From: Azospirillaceae bacterium
GTDB lineage: Bacteria; Pseudomonadota; Alphaproteobacteria; Azospirillales; Azospirillaceae
Reading direction: 5' to 3'
Length of the DNA stretch: 63,051 nucleotides
Assembly (NCBI GenBank): GCA_035627915.1
Contig: DASPKT010000427.1
Location: forward strand, 1-63,051
Shown here piece after piece: positions 8,978-17,879 of the stretch. Numbering within the stretch: position 1 is the first letter of the stretch; every line of letters starts with the position of its first letter. Position numbers and translations under genes: made by a program. A model generated the notes under the pieces. It was not told the DNA's origin. It did not search any database and saw nothing but the letters and a program-made list of their open reading frames with translations.

Positions 8978-9117
8978 GTCATGCCCGCGGAGGCGGGCAT
9001 CCAGGTATCCAGCGTTCAATCCCGCTGTGACATGGGCGCCTACGGTGCCGCCGGTGGCCCTTTTTCCAGGCCGGCTAGCGGGCTGAATGCCTGGACCCCA
9101 GCCTCCGCGGGGGTGAC
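8978..9117. repeat. 140-bp REP/MITE-like element bounded by palindromic modules
   Basis: Left end GTCATGCCCGCGGAGGCGGGCATCCAGG. Right end CCTGGACCCCAGCCTCCGCGGGGGTGAC. It is a counterpart of 30996..31134. Confidence 0.65.
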
Positions 9118-9189
9118 GATCGAAGGTAGAGATTGGATCGCTTCAAGGCAGCACAGGGGCGTGGTGCCCCACGCGTCAACGAAGGCGGC

Positions 9190-9221
9190 TTGACACGGGG
9201 TGTTGTCTGACTAAAGTCAGA
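9190..9221 (+). promoter_or_regulatory. Putative sigma-70 promoter (TTGACA-N16-TAAAGT) overlapping a 16-bp palindrome TCTGACTAAAGTCAGA (candidate MarR operator)
   Basis: TTGACA at 9190-9195 and TAAAGT at 9212-9217. A perfect inverted repeat TCTGACT/AGTCAGA lies at 9206-9221. The ATG of the MarR-GNAT gene is at 9225. Confidence 0.45.
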
Positions 9222-9224
9222 GAA

Positions 9225-10124
9225 ATGACCCTCGACGCCGTCGCCCGCATCCGCCGCTTCAACCGCGCCGTCACCCTGGAGGTGGGGGCGCTCGACGAGT
9301 CCTTCCTCGGCCGGGGCCGTCCGCTGGGCGCGGCCCGGGTGCTGAACGCGGTCGGCCGGGGAAAGAACGACGTCGCCGCCCTGCGTGCCTGCCTGAAGCT
9401 CGATTCCGGCCTCGCGAGCAGGCTGCTGCGGAGCCTGGAGGAGGAAGGGCTGGTCGTCACCGAGCCCCATGCCGACGACGCACGGCGGCGGGTCGTGCGG
9501 CTGACCGCGGCGGGCGAGGCGGAGTTCCGGGTCTATGAGGAGCTGTCCGACGCGCGCGCGGCGGCGCTGCTGGGCCGGTGCAGGGACGCCGACGCGGTGC
9601 TGGCGGCCATGGACCTGATCGCCGCCGTCCTGGAATCCGACCGGATCGCCGTCACTGAGGTCGATCCCGCCGGCCCGGAGGCCCGGTTCTGCCTGGGACG
9701 CTATTACGCCGAGCTGGACGAGCGGTTCGAGGAGGGCTTCCAGGTGGGCCTCTCCCGCGATCCCGACCTGGACGACATGCGGCGCCCCCGCGGCACCTTT
9801 CTGGTGGCCCTGTCGGAAGGCATGCCCTTGGGCTGCGTGGGCCTGAAGCGGTCCGGTGAGCGGCTGGCGGAGATCAAGCGGCTCTGGGTCGACCGGACGG
9901 TCCGCGGCCTCGACCTGGGGCGCCGCCTCGCCCGGACGGCGGAGCAGGTGGCGCGGGAACTGGGCATCGCGACGCTGCGTCTCGACACCAACCGCGCCCT
10001 GACCGACGCCATCGCCATGTACCGGCGATGGGGTTGGACCGAGATCGACCGGTTCAACGACGATCCCTACGCCGACTATTTCTTCGAGAAGCACATCGCC
10101 GACGCGGACAGCGCCGGGCCTTGA
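9225..10124 (+). CDS. Bifunctional MarR-type HTH / GNAT N-acetyltransferase fusion protein
   Basis: N-terminal MarR-like winged helix (LRACLKLDSGLASRLLRSLEEEGLVV...RRRVVRLTAAG). C-terminal GNAT core (EIKRLWVDRTVRGLDLGRRLARTAEQVARELG...LRLDT). Confidence 0.75.
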   Translation: MTLDAVARIRRFNRAVTLEVGALDESFLGRGRPLGAARVLNAVGRGKNDVAALRACLKLDSGLASRLLRSLEEEGLVVTEPHADDARRRVVRLTAAGEAEFRVYEELSDARAAALLGRCRDADAVLAAMDLIAAVLESDRIAVTEVDPAGPEARFCLGRYYAELDERFEEGFQVGLSRDPDLDDMRRPRGTFLVALSEGMPLGCVGLKRSGERLAEIKRLWVDRTVRGLDLGRRLARTAEQVARELGIATLRLDTNRALTDAIAMYRRWGWTEIDRFNDDPYADYFFEKHIADADSAGP

Positions 10125-10153
10125 TCCGGCGCGGGCGGTTTGCGGCGTGGTCC

Positions 10154-10232
10154 GTCGCATTGCGGCTTCGCCTCCATGCGACCTGCGCATCCCCTCAACC
10201 GTAGGTCGCATTGAGCGTCAGCGCAATGCGAC
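10154..10232. repeat. Two hairpin copies of the GTCGCATTG...ATGCGAC repeat family
   Basis: GTCGCATTGCGGCTTCGCCTCCATGCGAC (10154-10182) and GTCGCATTGAGCGTCAGCGCAATGCGAC (10205-10232). Confidence 0.55.
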
Positions 10233-10508
10233 GTCCCGGGCTACCACCCGCCCGAAGGGGGCACCCCGCCCGCTTCGCGCCTGCACCACTTGGGCACCAT
10301 CTACATAGGAACAAGGCCGGCGGGGCGCCGTTTGTCCAGTGCATCCGGCCGTCGCCGACGGTCTGCCGCTGGTGAGGGCGGCTGGGCGTCGGAATTCCCC
10401 TCCGGCGGCCGGATGCGCGGCCGGCCTCGGTGGCGGCCGCCCCTCCACCTTCCGGTGCCGGGCTTCCGCGGGGGCCTGCCCGGGGTCTCGGGTCGGGAGC
10501 CTGGTGAA

Positions 10509-11594
10509 TTGGCTGAGCGGAAAGTCCGGGTCGCGCTGGTCGGTGTCGGCAACTGCGCCTCGTCCCTGGTGCAGGGGATCGAATACTACCGCAGGGCCGG
10601 CGACAACGACGCCGTCCCCGGCCTGATGAACGTCCGGCTGGGCGGCTACCATGTCGGCGACGTGGAGATTTCCTGCGCCTTCGACGTGAACCGCAACAAG
10701 GTCGGCCGCGACGTGGCCGAGGCGATCCTGGCGCCGCCCAACAACACCAAGCGCTTCGCCGAGGTGCCGCCGCTGGGCGTGACGGTCCGGCGCGGGCCGA
10801 CGCTGGACGGGCTGGGCAGCTACCTGCGCCAGTCGGTGCCGGAGTCCGAGCTGCCCGTCGCCGACGTGCCCAAGGTGCTGCGCGACACCGGCACCGACGT
10901 CGTCGTCTCCTACCTGCCGGTCGGCTCGCAGAAGGCGACCGAGTTCTATGTCGAGGCGGCGCTGAAGGCGCGCTGCGGATTCGTCAACTGCATCCCGGTC
11001 TTCATCGCGTCCCGCCCCGAATGGCGCCGCCGCTTCGAGGAGGCGGGGCTGCCCATCATCGGCGACGACATCAAGTCCCAGGTCGGCGCCACCATCGTGC
11101 ACCGGGTTCTGGCCAACCTGTTCCGCGAGCGGGGCGTGCGGCTGGACCACACCTACCAGCTGAACTTCGGCGGCAACAGCGACTTCCAGAACATGCTGGA
11201 GCGCGAGCGGCTGGAGTCCAAGAAGATCAGCAAGACCAACGCGGTGACCAGCCAGATGGACGTGCCGCTGTCGAACGAGGACGCGCATGTCGGGCCCAGC
11301 GACTACGTGCCCTGGCTGACCGACCGCAAATGGGCCTACATCCGCATGGAGGGGACCTCCTTCGGCGACGTGCCGCTGAACGTGGAGCTGAAGCTGGAGG
11401 TCTGGGACAGCCCGAACTCCGCCGGCGTGGTCATCGACGCGGTGCGCTGCGTGAAGCTGGCGCTGGACCGCGGCGTGTCGGGCGCGCTGGAGGGGCCCAG
11501 CAGCTACTTCATGAAGTCGCCGCCGCGCCAGTTCACCGACGCGGAGGCCCGCCAGCACGCCCGCGGGTTCATCGACGGCGACCACGGCCTATGA
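10509..11594 (+). CDS. ino1: Inositol-3-phosphate synthase (myo-inositol-1-phosphate synthase)
   Basis: Has the hallmark N-terminus [23 protein letters not shown] and conserved downstream blocks ([31 protein letters not shown]). The track ORF starts at 10290, but homologues begin just before the KVRV block. TTG at 10509 with GGGAG 9 nt upstream is the proposed start. Confidence 0.85.
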   Translation: MAERKVRVALVGVGNCASSLVQGIEYYRRAGDNDAVPGLMNVRLGGYHVGDVEISCAFDVNRNKVGRDVAEAILAPPNNTKRFAEVPPLGVTVRRGPTLDGLGSYLRQSVPESELPVADVPKVLRDTGTDVVVSYLPVGSQKATEFYVEAALKARCGFVNCIPVFIASRPEWRRRFEEAGLPIIGDDIKSQVGATIVHRVLANLFRERGVRLDHTYQLNFGGNSDFQNMLERERLESKKISKTNAVTSQMDVPLSNEDAHVGPSDYVPWLTDRKWAYIRMEGTSFGDVPLNVELKLEVWDSPNSAGVVIDAVRCVKLALDRGVSGALEGPSSYFMKSPPRQFTDAEARQHARGFIDGDHGL

Positions 11595-12187
11595 CCCTGT
11601 TCCTGCTGGTCCGCCACGGCAGCCACGACCTGCTGGGCGGAACCCTGGCGGGGCGCATGGAGGGCGTCTCCCTCAGTGCCGCCGGCCGGGCGGAGGCGGA
11701 GCGCCTCGCCGGCCGGCTCCTGCGTGAGCGCCCGTCGCGCCTGCTGACCAGCCCCGTCCAGCGCTGCCGGGAAACCGCCGCCATCCTCGGCCGCCGGCTT
11801 GACCTGCCTGTCGAGGCGGAGCCCGACCTGATCGAGATCGACTTCGGCGCCTGGACCGGGCGGCGGTTCGACGAGCTGTCGGGCGACCCCCTCTGGGCGC
11901 GCTGGAACTCCTTCCGGTCGGGGGCGCGTACCCCGGGCGGGGAGGGGATGGGACAGGTTCAGCTCAGGATGGTTGGGCTGCTGGACCGGCTGCGCCAGGA
12001 CGATCCCGACGGGACCGTCGCCCTGGTGGGACATGCCGATCCGCTGCGCGCCGCGCTCTGCTGGGCGCTCGGCATGCCGCTCGACCTGCTGCTCCGGCTG
12101 GAGGTCGCGCCCGCGTCGCTGAGCCGGCTGGAGCTGACGGAGTGGGGGCCGCGCGTGCTGTCGCTGAACGAGGTGGGGGCGGAATGA
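11591..12187 (+). CDS. Histidine phosphatase (phosphoglycerate-mutase-like) family protein
   Basis: Starts [10 protein letters not shown], which contains the RHG catalytic motif, and has a later ...GHADPLRA His motif. An ATGA overlap joins it to the synthase stop. Confidence 0.8.
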   Translation: MTLFLLVRHGSHDLLGGTLAGRMEGVSLSAAGRAEAERLAGRLLRERPSRLLTSPVQRCRETAAILGRRLDLPVEAEPDLIEIDFGAWTGRRFDELSGDPLWARWNSFRSGARTPGGEGMGQVQLRMVGLLDRLRQDDPDGTVALVGHADPLRAALCWALGMPLDLLLRLEVAPASLSRLELTEWGPRVLSLNEVGAE

Positions 12188-12236
12188 GAGCGAGCGTGGC
12201 GGCTGCGGGGCCGGCCTTCCCGGGGAGGGCGGCGGC

Positions 12237-13361
12237 ATGAAGATCGTCGTCTTCGGCCTGACGGTCTCCTCCTCCTGGGGCAACGGGCACGCCACGCTGT
12301 GGCGCGGCCTGATCGCGGCGCTGGCGCGGCGCGGCTGCCGGGTGGTGTTCCTGGAGAAGGACGTCCCCTGGTACGCGGGCGCCCGCGACCTCTGGGACCT
12401 GCCGGGCGGCGAGCTGGTGCTCTACCGGGACTGGGAGACGGTGCTGCCCGAGGCGCGCCGGCACCTGGCCGACGCCGACGTGGCGATGGTCACCTCCTAC
12501 TGCCCCGACGGGATCGAGGCGACCGAGCTGGTGCTGGAGGAGGGGCGCGGTCTGCGCACCTTCTACGACCTGGACACGCCGGTCACGCTGGCGACCCTGG
12601 CGGCGGGGGAGGGGCTGGCCTACATCGGCCCGCGCGGCTTGGGCGGCTTCGACTTGGTGCTGAGCTACACCGGCGGGGCGGCGCTGGAGGGGCTGCGCGA
12701 CCGGCTCGGCGCGCGGGCCGTCGTGCCGCTCTACGGCCACGTCGATCCCGCCGTGCACCGCCCGGTGCCGCCGGTGGAGCACTACCGGGCCGACCTCTCC
12801 TACCTCGGCACCTACGCCGCCGACCGGCAGGCCATGCTGGAGCGGCTGTTCGTGGAACCGGCCCGCGTGCTGACCGGCCGGCGCTTCCTGATCGGCGGGG
12901 CGCAGTACCCGGCCGACTTCCCCTGGACGCCCAACATCCATTTCGTGCGCCACCTGCCGCCGGCGGAGCACCCGGCCTTCTTCTCCTCCGGCCGGCTGAC
13001 GGTGAACGTGACACGGCGGGCGATGGCCGAGATGGGCTGGTGCCCCAGCGGCCGGCTGTTCGAGGCGGCGGCCTGCGGCTGCCCGGTCCTGTCGGACTGG
13101 TGGGAGGGGCTGGACCGGTTCTTCACGCCCGGCCGCGAGATCCTGGTCGCCCGCACCACGGCGGAGGCGGTCGCCGCCATCGACCATTCCGACGAGGGGC
13201 TGCGGCGCGTGGGTGAGGCCGCGCGCGAGCGGGTGCTGGCCGAGCACACGGCCGACCGGCGGGCGGACGAGCTGCTGGCCGCGCTCTCCGCCGCCCACCG
13301 GCCGGCGGCGGCGCGCCCCGGCGGGGATGCGGACCGCCGCGACGGCGTGCAGGGGGGCTGA
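12237..13361 (+). CDS. Glycosyltransferase, CgeB-like (GT-B fold)
   Basis: 374 aa. The N-terminus is MKIVVFGLTVSSSWGNGHATLWRGL. The C-terminal segment SGRLFEAAACGCPVLSDWWEGL is typical of the GT1/CgeB-like family. Confidence 0.7.
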   Translation: MKIVVFGLTVSSSWGNGHATLWRGLIAALARRGCRVVFLEKDVPWYAGARDLWDLPGGELVLYRDWETVLPEARRHLADADVAMVTSYCPDGIEATELVLEEGRGLRTFYDLDTPVTLATLAAGEGLAYIGPRGLGGFDLVLSYTGGAALEGLRDRLGARAVVPLYGHVDPAVHRPVPPVEHYRADLSYLGTYAADRQAMLERLFVEPARVLTGRRFLIGGAQYPADFPWTPNIHFVRHLPPAEHPAFFSSGRLTVNVTRRAMAEMGWCPSGRLFEAAACGCPVLSDWWEGLDRFFTPGREILVARTTAEAVAAIDHSDEGLRRVGEAARERVLAEHTADRRADELLAALSAAHRPAAARPGGDADRRDGVQGG

Positions 13362-13365
13362 TCCC

Positions 13366-14145
13366 ATGTGGGGCATCGTCCCGGCCGCGGGCAGCGGCAC
13401 CCGCATCCAGCCGCTCGCCTTCTCCAAGGAGCTGCTGCCCGTCGGCAGCCGCCTCGACGGCGACACAGAGCGCCCGCGCGCGGTCAGCGAGTACCTGATC
13501 GAGCGCATGGTGCAGGGCGGGGCGGACAAGGTCTGCTTCGTCATCTCCCCCGGCAAGTCGGACATCCTGGAATATTACGGCGGCAGCTACGGCACCGCCT
13601 CCATCGCCTATGTGGTGCAGCCGAACCCGGGCGGGCTGTGCGACGCCATCTTCCGCGCCCTGCCGCTGATCCCGCCGGACGAGCCGGTCATCGTCGGACT
13701 GCCCGACACCGTGTGGTTTCCCGACCACGCGCTGCGGGCGCTGCCCGACGACCGCCTGTCCTTCCTGCTGTTCCCGGTGGAACGGCCGGAGTTCTTCGAC
13801 GCGGTCGTGACGGACGGCGAGGGCACGGTGCGGGAGATCCAGGTGAAGCGGAAGGACGCCTCCACCCGCTGGATCTGGGGCGCCTTCAAGATGCCGGGCG
13901 CCGTCCTGCACGAGTTGCACGCGCTGTGGCGCGGGCGCGACCGGCAGGACGAGTACATAGGCACGCTGGTCAACGCCTGGATCGCGCGGGGCGGCCGCGC
14001 CGTCGGCATCCGCGCCGGCACGGCCTATGTCGACGTCGGCACCGTCCACGGCTACCGCGCCGCCATCGGGCTGCTGAGCGGCCAGTCGGGCAACCCCGGC
14101 CTGCCGTTCCCCGAGACCCACTCCCAGACCATGAGGACGCGCTGA
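13366..14145 (+). CDS. Sugar-phosphate (or inositol-phosphate) nucleotidyltransferase
   Basis: MWGIVPAAGSGTRIQPLAFSKELLPV is the NTP_transferase signature G-x-G-T-R. It starts 5 nt after the preceding stop, and its own stop overlaps the next start. Confidence 0.75.
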   Translation: MWGIVPAAGSGTRIQPLAFSKELLPVGSRLDGDTERPRAVSEYLIERMVQGGADKVCFVISPGKSDILEYYGGSYGTASIAYVVQPNPGGLCDAIFRALPLIPPDEPVIVGLPDTVWFPDHALRALPDDRLSFLLFPVERPEFFDAVVTDGEGTVREIQVKRKDASTRWIWGAFKMPGAVLHELHALWRGRDRQDEYIGTLVNAWIARGGRAVGIRAGTAYVDVGTVHGYRAAIGLLSGQSGNPGLPFPETHSQTMRTR

Positions 14146-14918
14146 TGGACACGCACAAGGCCGGCGGCGGCCTGCCGCCGGAGGAGATCCGCCGGCGTGC
14201 GGAGGCGCTGGGTCCCTGGTTCCACAACCTCGACCTCAAGGGCGTGCGCACGGCGCCGGACCATTTCCTGGGCGACTATCCCGCGGTGAAGTTCCGCAAC
14301 TTCGCCCACGCGCTGCCGGCCGACCTCACGGGCAGGTCGGTGCTCGATATCGGCTGCAACGCCGGCTTCTACTCCTTGGAGATGAAGCGGCGCGGGGCCG
14401 AGCGGGTGGTCGGCATCGACTTCGACGACCAGTACCTGGACCAGGCCCGCTTCGCCGCCGGGGTGCTGGGCTTCGACATCGAGTTCCGGAAGCTGTCCGT
14501 CTACGACGTGGGCGCGCTGGGCGAGCGGTTCGACGTCGTGATCTTCATGGGCGTGCTCTACCACCTGCGCCATCCCCTGCTGGCGCTCGACCTCATCCAC
14601 GAGCATGTCTGCGGCGACCTGCTGGTGTTCCAGAGCATGCAGCGGGGTAGCCCCGAGGTGGAGCCCCTGGAGAGTGACTATCCGTTCTGGACGACCGATG
14701 TCTTCGACCGTCCCGGATATCCCAGGCTGCATTTCGTCGAGCACGAATACGCCCACGACTGGACGAACTGGTGGGTTCCCAACAACGCCTGTGCCGAGGC
14801 CATGCTGCGCAGCGCCGGGTTCCGGATCGTCGACCATCCCGAGCAGGAGGTCTTCATCTGCCGGCGTGCCGAACCGCCCTACGGCGCCGGCGCCGTCTAT
14901 CCCGCCCGCCATCCCTGA
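14145..14918 (+). CDS. Class I SAM-dependent methyltransferase (TIGR04290-like by recollection)
   Basis: SAM motif I is VLDIGCNAGFYS, followed by post-I RVVGIDFD and FDVVIFMGVLYHLRHP. Confidence 0.8.
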   Translation: MDTHKAGGGLPPEEIRRRAEALGPWFHNLDLKGVRTAPDHFLGDYPAVKFRNFAHALPADLTGRSVLDIGCNAGFYSLEMKRRGAERVVGIDFDDQYLDQARFAAGVLGFDIEFRKLSVYDVGALGERFDVVIFMGVLYHLRHPLLALDLIHEHVCGDLLVFQSMQRGSPEVEPLESDYPFWTTDVFDRPGYPRLHFVEHEYAHDWTNWWVPNNACAEAMLRSAGFRIVDHPEQEVFICRRAEPPYGAGAVYPARHP

Positions 14919-14967
14919 AGTCCCAGCAACCCGACGCAAAGCCGAACGGCACGAAGAGGGGAGACCG

Positions 14968-15903
14968 ATGATCGAAGCGGTAATGTTGTGGAACGAGCCC
15001 AACAACAAGTCCCACTGGGACCTGGAGCTCGACCCCGACTGGGCGGCCTTCGCCGAGATGACCTCCATCACCGCAAAGGCGCTGAAGGAGGCGTGCCCGC
15101 AGGTGCCGCGCGTGCTGGGCGGCATCTCCCCCATCGACCCCAACTTCATCCGCAACCTGGACCGCAAGGGCGCGCTGGACGACATGGACGTGGTGGCGGT
15201 CCACGGCTTCCCGCTGGACTGGAACCACTGGCAGATCAACGAGTGGCCGGACAAGCTGGAGGAGATCCGCCAGGTCACCGGCAAGGAGCCGTGGGTGTCG
15301 GAGGTCGGCATCTCCACCTTCGGCGCCGAGGAGGTGCAGGAGTTCGGGCTGAAGCGCTCCGCCGAGCTGCTGGTCGGCCGGGTCCCGCGCATCCACTGGT
15401 ACAGCCTGTTCGACCTGCCCAAGGCCTGGCCCGCCACCACCCGCCACCGCGAGGCGGAGGGCTCCTCCTACTACCGGCACTTCTACATGGGGCTGGTGCG
15501 CGAGGACATGACGGAGAAGCTGGCTTACCGGCACTTCGCCGGCCTGACGCCGGAGGTCGGGCTCTGCCAGTGGTTCCACTACCAGGACCACCGGCTGGAC
15601 GAGGCGGTGCGGCGGATGAAGGAGCTGGGCGTCACCTACCTGCGCACCGGGCTCTCCTGGGCCGACTACTACCGCCCCGACGCGCTCGCCTGGTTCGACC
15701 GGCAGATGGAGGCGCTGAAGGACTTCCAGGTCACCGTCACCTACTGCTTCACGCCGGAGCACAAGGGGGTGCAGCCGCACTACACCAGCCCGCCCAAGGA
15801 CCCCGCGGAGTTCGCGGAGTTCTGCGTGGAGATGACCCGCCGCTACGCCGGCAGCGCCGCCCCCGCGGGCACGGCGCCGCTCGCGTCCACCGAGGCGGCG
15901 TGA
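14968..15903 (+). CDS. Glycoside-hydrolase-like TIM-barrel protein (clan GH-A-like)
   Basis: ATG at 14968 follows GAGGGGAG. A WNEPNN acid/base-type motif sits at residues 8-13, and WVSEVG is nucleophile-like. The C-terminal third resembles the beginning of a GH-A barrel (GVTYLRTGLSW). Confidence 0.5.
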   Translation: MIEAVMLWNEPNNKSHWDLELDPDWAAFAEMTSITAKALKEACPQVPRVLGGISPIDPNFIRNLDRKGALDDMDVVAVHGFPLDWNHWQINEWPDKLEEIRQVTGKEPWVSEVGISTFGAEEVQEFGLKRSAELLVGRVPRIHWYSLFDLPKAWPATTRHREAEGSSYYRHFYMGLVREDMTEKLAYRHFAGLTPEVGLCQWFHYQDHRLDEAVRRMKELGVTYLRTGLSWADYYRPDALAWFDRQMEALKDFQVTVTYCFTPEHKGVQPHYTSPPKDPAEFAEFCVEMTRRYAGSAAPAGTAPLASTEAA

Positions 15904-16787
15904 TCGCCGGGGGGACCTCCCGGCCCGGCGGACGGGCGGCCCGCAACCCGCCCGCCGCCGCCTTCCTGCGCGACCTGCTGCCGTCCGGCCCGCCGGTGCT
16001 GGACGCGCGGCGGGTCGCCATCGTCGTGGCGCATCCCGACGACGAGACGGTGGGGCTGGGGGCGCAGCTGCCGCGGCTGGCGGGCGTGCGGGTGGTGCAC
16101 GTCACCGACGGGGCGCCGGCCGACCTGGTGGACGCCCGCGCCCACGGGTTCCAGACGCGCGAGGACTATGCCGGCGCCCGCCGGGACGAGCTGGAGGCCG
16201 CCATGGCGGTGGCCGGCATCCCGCCCATGCGCGTCGTCGGCATAGGCATCGCCGACCAGGAGGCGAGCTTCGTCATGGCCGGGCTGGCGCGCCGGCTGGC
16301 CGAGCTGTTCGACCAGGCCGACGTTGGCGTGGTGCTGACGCATCCCTACGAGGGCGGCCACCCCGACCACGACGCCACCTGCTTCGCCGTGCACGCGGCC
16401 TCCGCCCTGATGCGGGAGGCCGGGCTGGCGGCGCCGGAGATCCTGGAGATGGCGAGCTACCATGCCGGGCCGGACGGCGGCCTCAGGACCGGCGCCTTCC
16501 TGCCGGCCGCCGGCGTCGTGGAGGAGGTGCTGCCCCTCGACCTCGACCAGCAGGCCCTGAAGCGCCGGCTTTTCGAGTGCCACGCGACCCAGGCCGGCAT
16601 GCTGGAGAACTTCCCGCTGGAGATGGAGCGGGTGCGCACGGCCCCGGACTACGACTTCCTCTCGCCCCCGCATACGGGCCGCCTCTACTACGAGAACTTC
16701 TCCTGGGGGGTGGACGGCGCCCGCTGGCGCGACGAGGCCGCCGCCGCCATCGCCCAGCTGCAGCTGGAGGCGCCGCCGTGGCGCTGA
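15900..16787 (+). CDS. PIG-L family deacetylase (LmbE/MshB/BshB-like)
   Basis: Has the motifs VAHPDDETVG and GGHPDHD. The GTG start at 15900 overlaps the preceding stop (GTGA). Confidence 0.8.
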   Translation: MIAGGTSRPGGRAARNPPAAAFLRDLLPSGPPVLDARRVAIVVAHPDDETVGLGAQLPRLAGVRVVHVTDGAPADLVDARAHGFQTREDYAGARRDELEAAMAVAGIPPMRVVGIGIADQEASFVMAGLARRLAELFDQADVGVVLTHPYEGGHPDHDATCFAVHAASALMREAGLAAPEILEMASYHAGPDGGLRTGAFLPAAGVVEEVLPLDLDQQALKRRLFECHATQAGMLENFPLEMERVRTAPDYDFLSPPHTGRLYYENFSWGVDGARWRDEAAAAIAQLQLEAPPWR

Positions 16788-17872
16788 CCGTCCTCGGCGT
16801 CGCCTACCCGCTGGCACCCGTCGGCCAGGGGGCTGTGGGTGGCGCCGAGCAGGTGCTGTCCCACATGGACCGGGCGCTGGTGGCGGCCGGCCACCGCTCC
16901 CTCGTCGTCGCCTGCGAGGGCTCGGAGGTGGCCGGGACCCTGCTGCCGGTGCCGCTGCCCCGGGGCGAGTTGGACGAGGCGGCGAAGCGGGCGGCCCAGG
17001 CCCGCCACGCCGCCGCCATCGCCGACGCGCTCGACCGCTTCCCCGTGGACGTCGTGCACCTGCACGGCATCGACTTCATGGCCTACCTGCCGCCGCCGGG
17101 CGTGCCGGTGCTGGCGACGCTGCACCTGCCGCCGGCCTGGTACCCGGAGGAGACCTGGCGCATCGCGCGGCCGGACACCTGGCTGAACCCGGTGTCGGAC
17201 AGCCAGCGCCGCCGCTGCCCGCCCGTGCCCAACCTGCTGGCGGCGGTCCCGAACGGGGTGCCGGTGGACCGGCTGGACTGGCGCGGGCGCAAGGCCGGCT
17301 TCGCCGCCGCACTCGGGCGGGTCTGCCCGGAGAAGGGGTTCGAGCATGCGGTGGAGGCGGCGGAGCGGGCGGAGGTGCCGCTGCTGCTGGCGGGCCGGGT
17401 CTATCCCTACCGCGCGCACCTCGACTATTTCGACCGGGTACTGCGGCCCCGCCTGTCGCGCCGGGTGCGCTTCCTGGGGCCGCTGGGCTTCACCCCGAAG
17501 CGCCGCCTGATGGGCATGGCGCGCGCCGTCCTGATCCCCAGCCTCTGCGAAGAGACGAGCTCGCTGACCGCCATGGAGGCGGCGGCCTGCGGCACCCCCG
17601 TCGTCGCCTTCCGCCACGGCGCCCTGCCCGAGGTGGTGGAGCACGGGCTGACCGGCTTCGTCGTGGACGACGCGGCCGCCATGGCCGACGCCATCCACGC
17701 CGCCGCGGCGCTCGACCCCGACGCCTGCCGCGCCCGGGCCCGGGCGCGCTTCTCCCTGGACTCCATGGCGGCGCGGTACCTGGAGCTGTACGGAACGCTG
17801 GCCGCCCGCCGGACGCCTTCTCTGCGTGCGGGAGAGGAAGCGGTCCCGCGGCTTCAGGCGCGGGGTGGGTGA
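16778..17872 (+). CDS. Glycosyltransferase family 4 (GT-B, retaining, MshA/BshA-like fold)
   Basis: The GTG start at 16778 overlaps the PIG-L gene end by 10 nt. The E-x7-E region is EETSSLTAMEAAACGTPVVAFRHGALPEVVEHG. Confidence 0.8.
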   Translation: MALTVLGVAYPLAPVGQGAVGGAEQVLSHMDRALVAAGHRSLVVACEGSEVAGTLLPVPLPRGELDEAAKRAAQARHAAAIADALDRFPVDVVHLHGIDFMAYLPPPGVPVLATLHLPPAWYPEETWRIARPDTWLNPVSDSQRRRCPPVPNLLAAVPNGVPVDRLDWRGRKAGFAAALGRVCPEKGFEHAVEAAERAEVPLLLAGRVYPYRAHLDYFDRVLRPRLSRRVRFLGPLGFTPKRRLMGMARAVLIPSLCEETSSLTAMEAAACGTPVVAFRHGALPEVVEHGLTGFVVDDAAAMADAIHAAAALDPDACRARARARFSLDSMAARYLELYGTLAARRTPSLRAGEEAVPRLQARGG

Positions 17873-17879
17873 GGGGGTA

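Noticed and set aside
8819-9193. Small ORFs translating REP modules (peptides containing PAEAGIQ, PASAGVT or PAFAGMT), also at 30816..31216 and 60238..60434
   Set aside because: The recurring peptide motifs are a by-product of translating dispersed palindromic DNA repeats in intergenic regions. They have no RBS or start context and no coding-like composition outside the repeat.
10290-10508. N-terminal 73-codon extension of the inositol-3-phosphate synthase ORF (TTG at 10290)
   Set aside because: The extension is RGRP-rich, overlaps repeat hairpins and has no counterpart in the family. The conserved N-terminus begins at the [12 protein letters not shown] block, so a start near 10509 is preferred.
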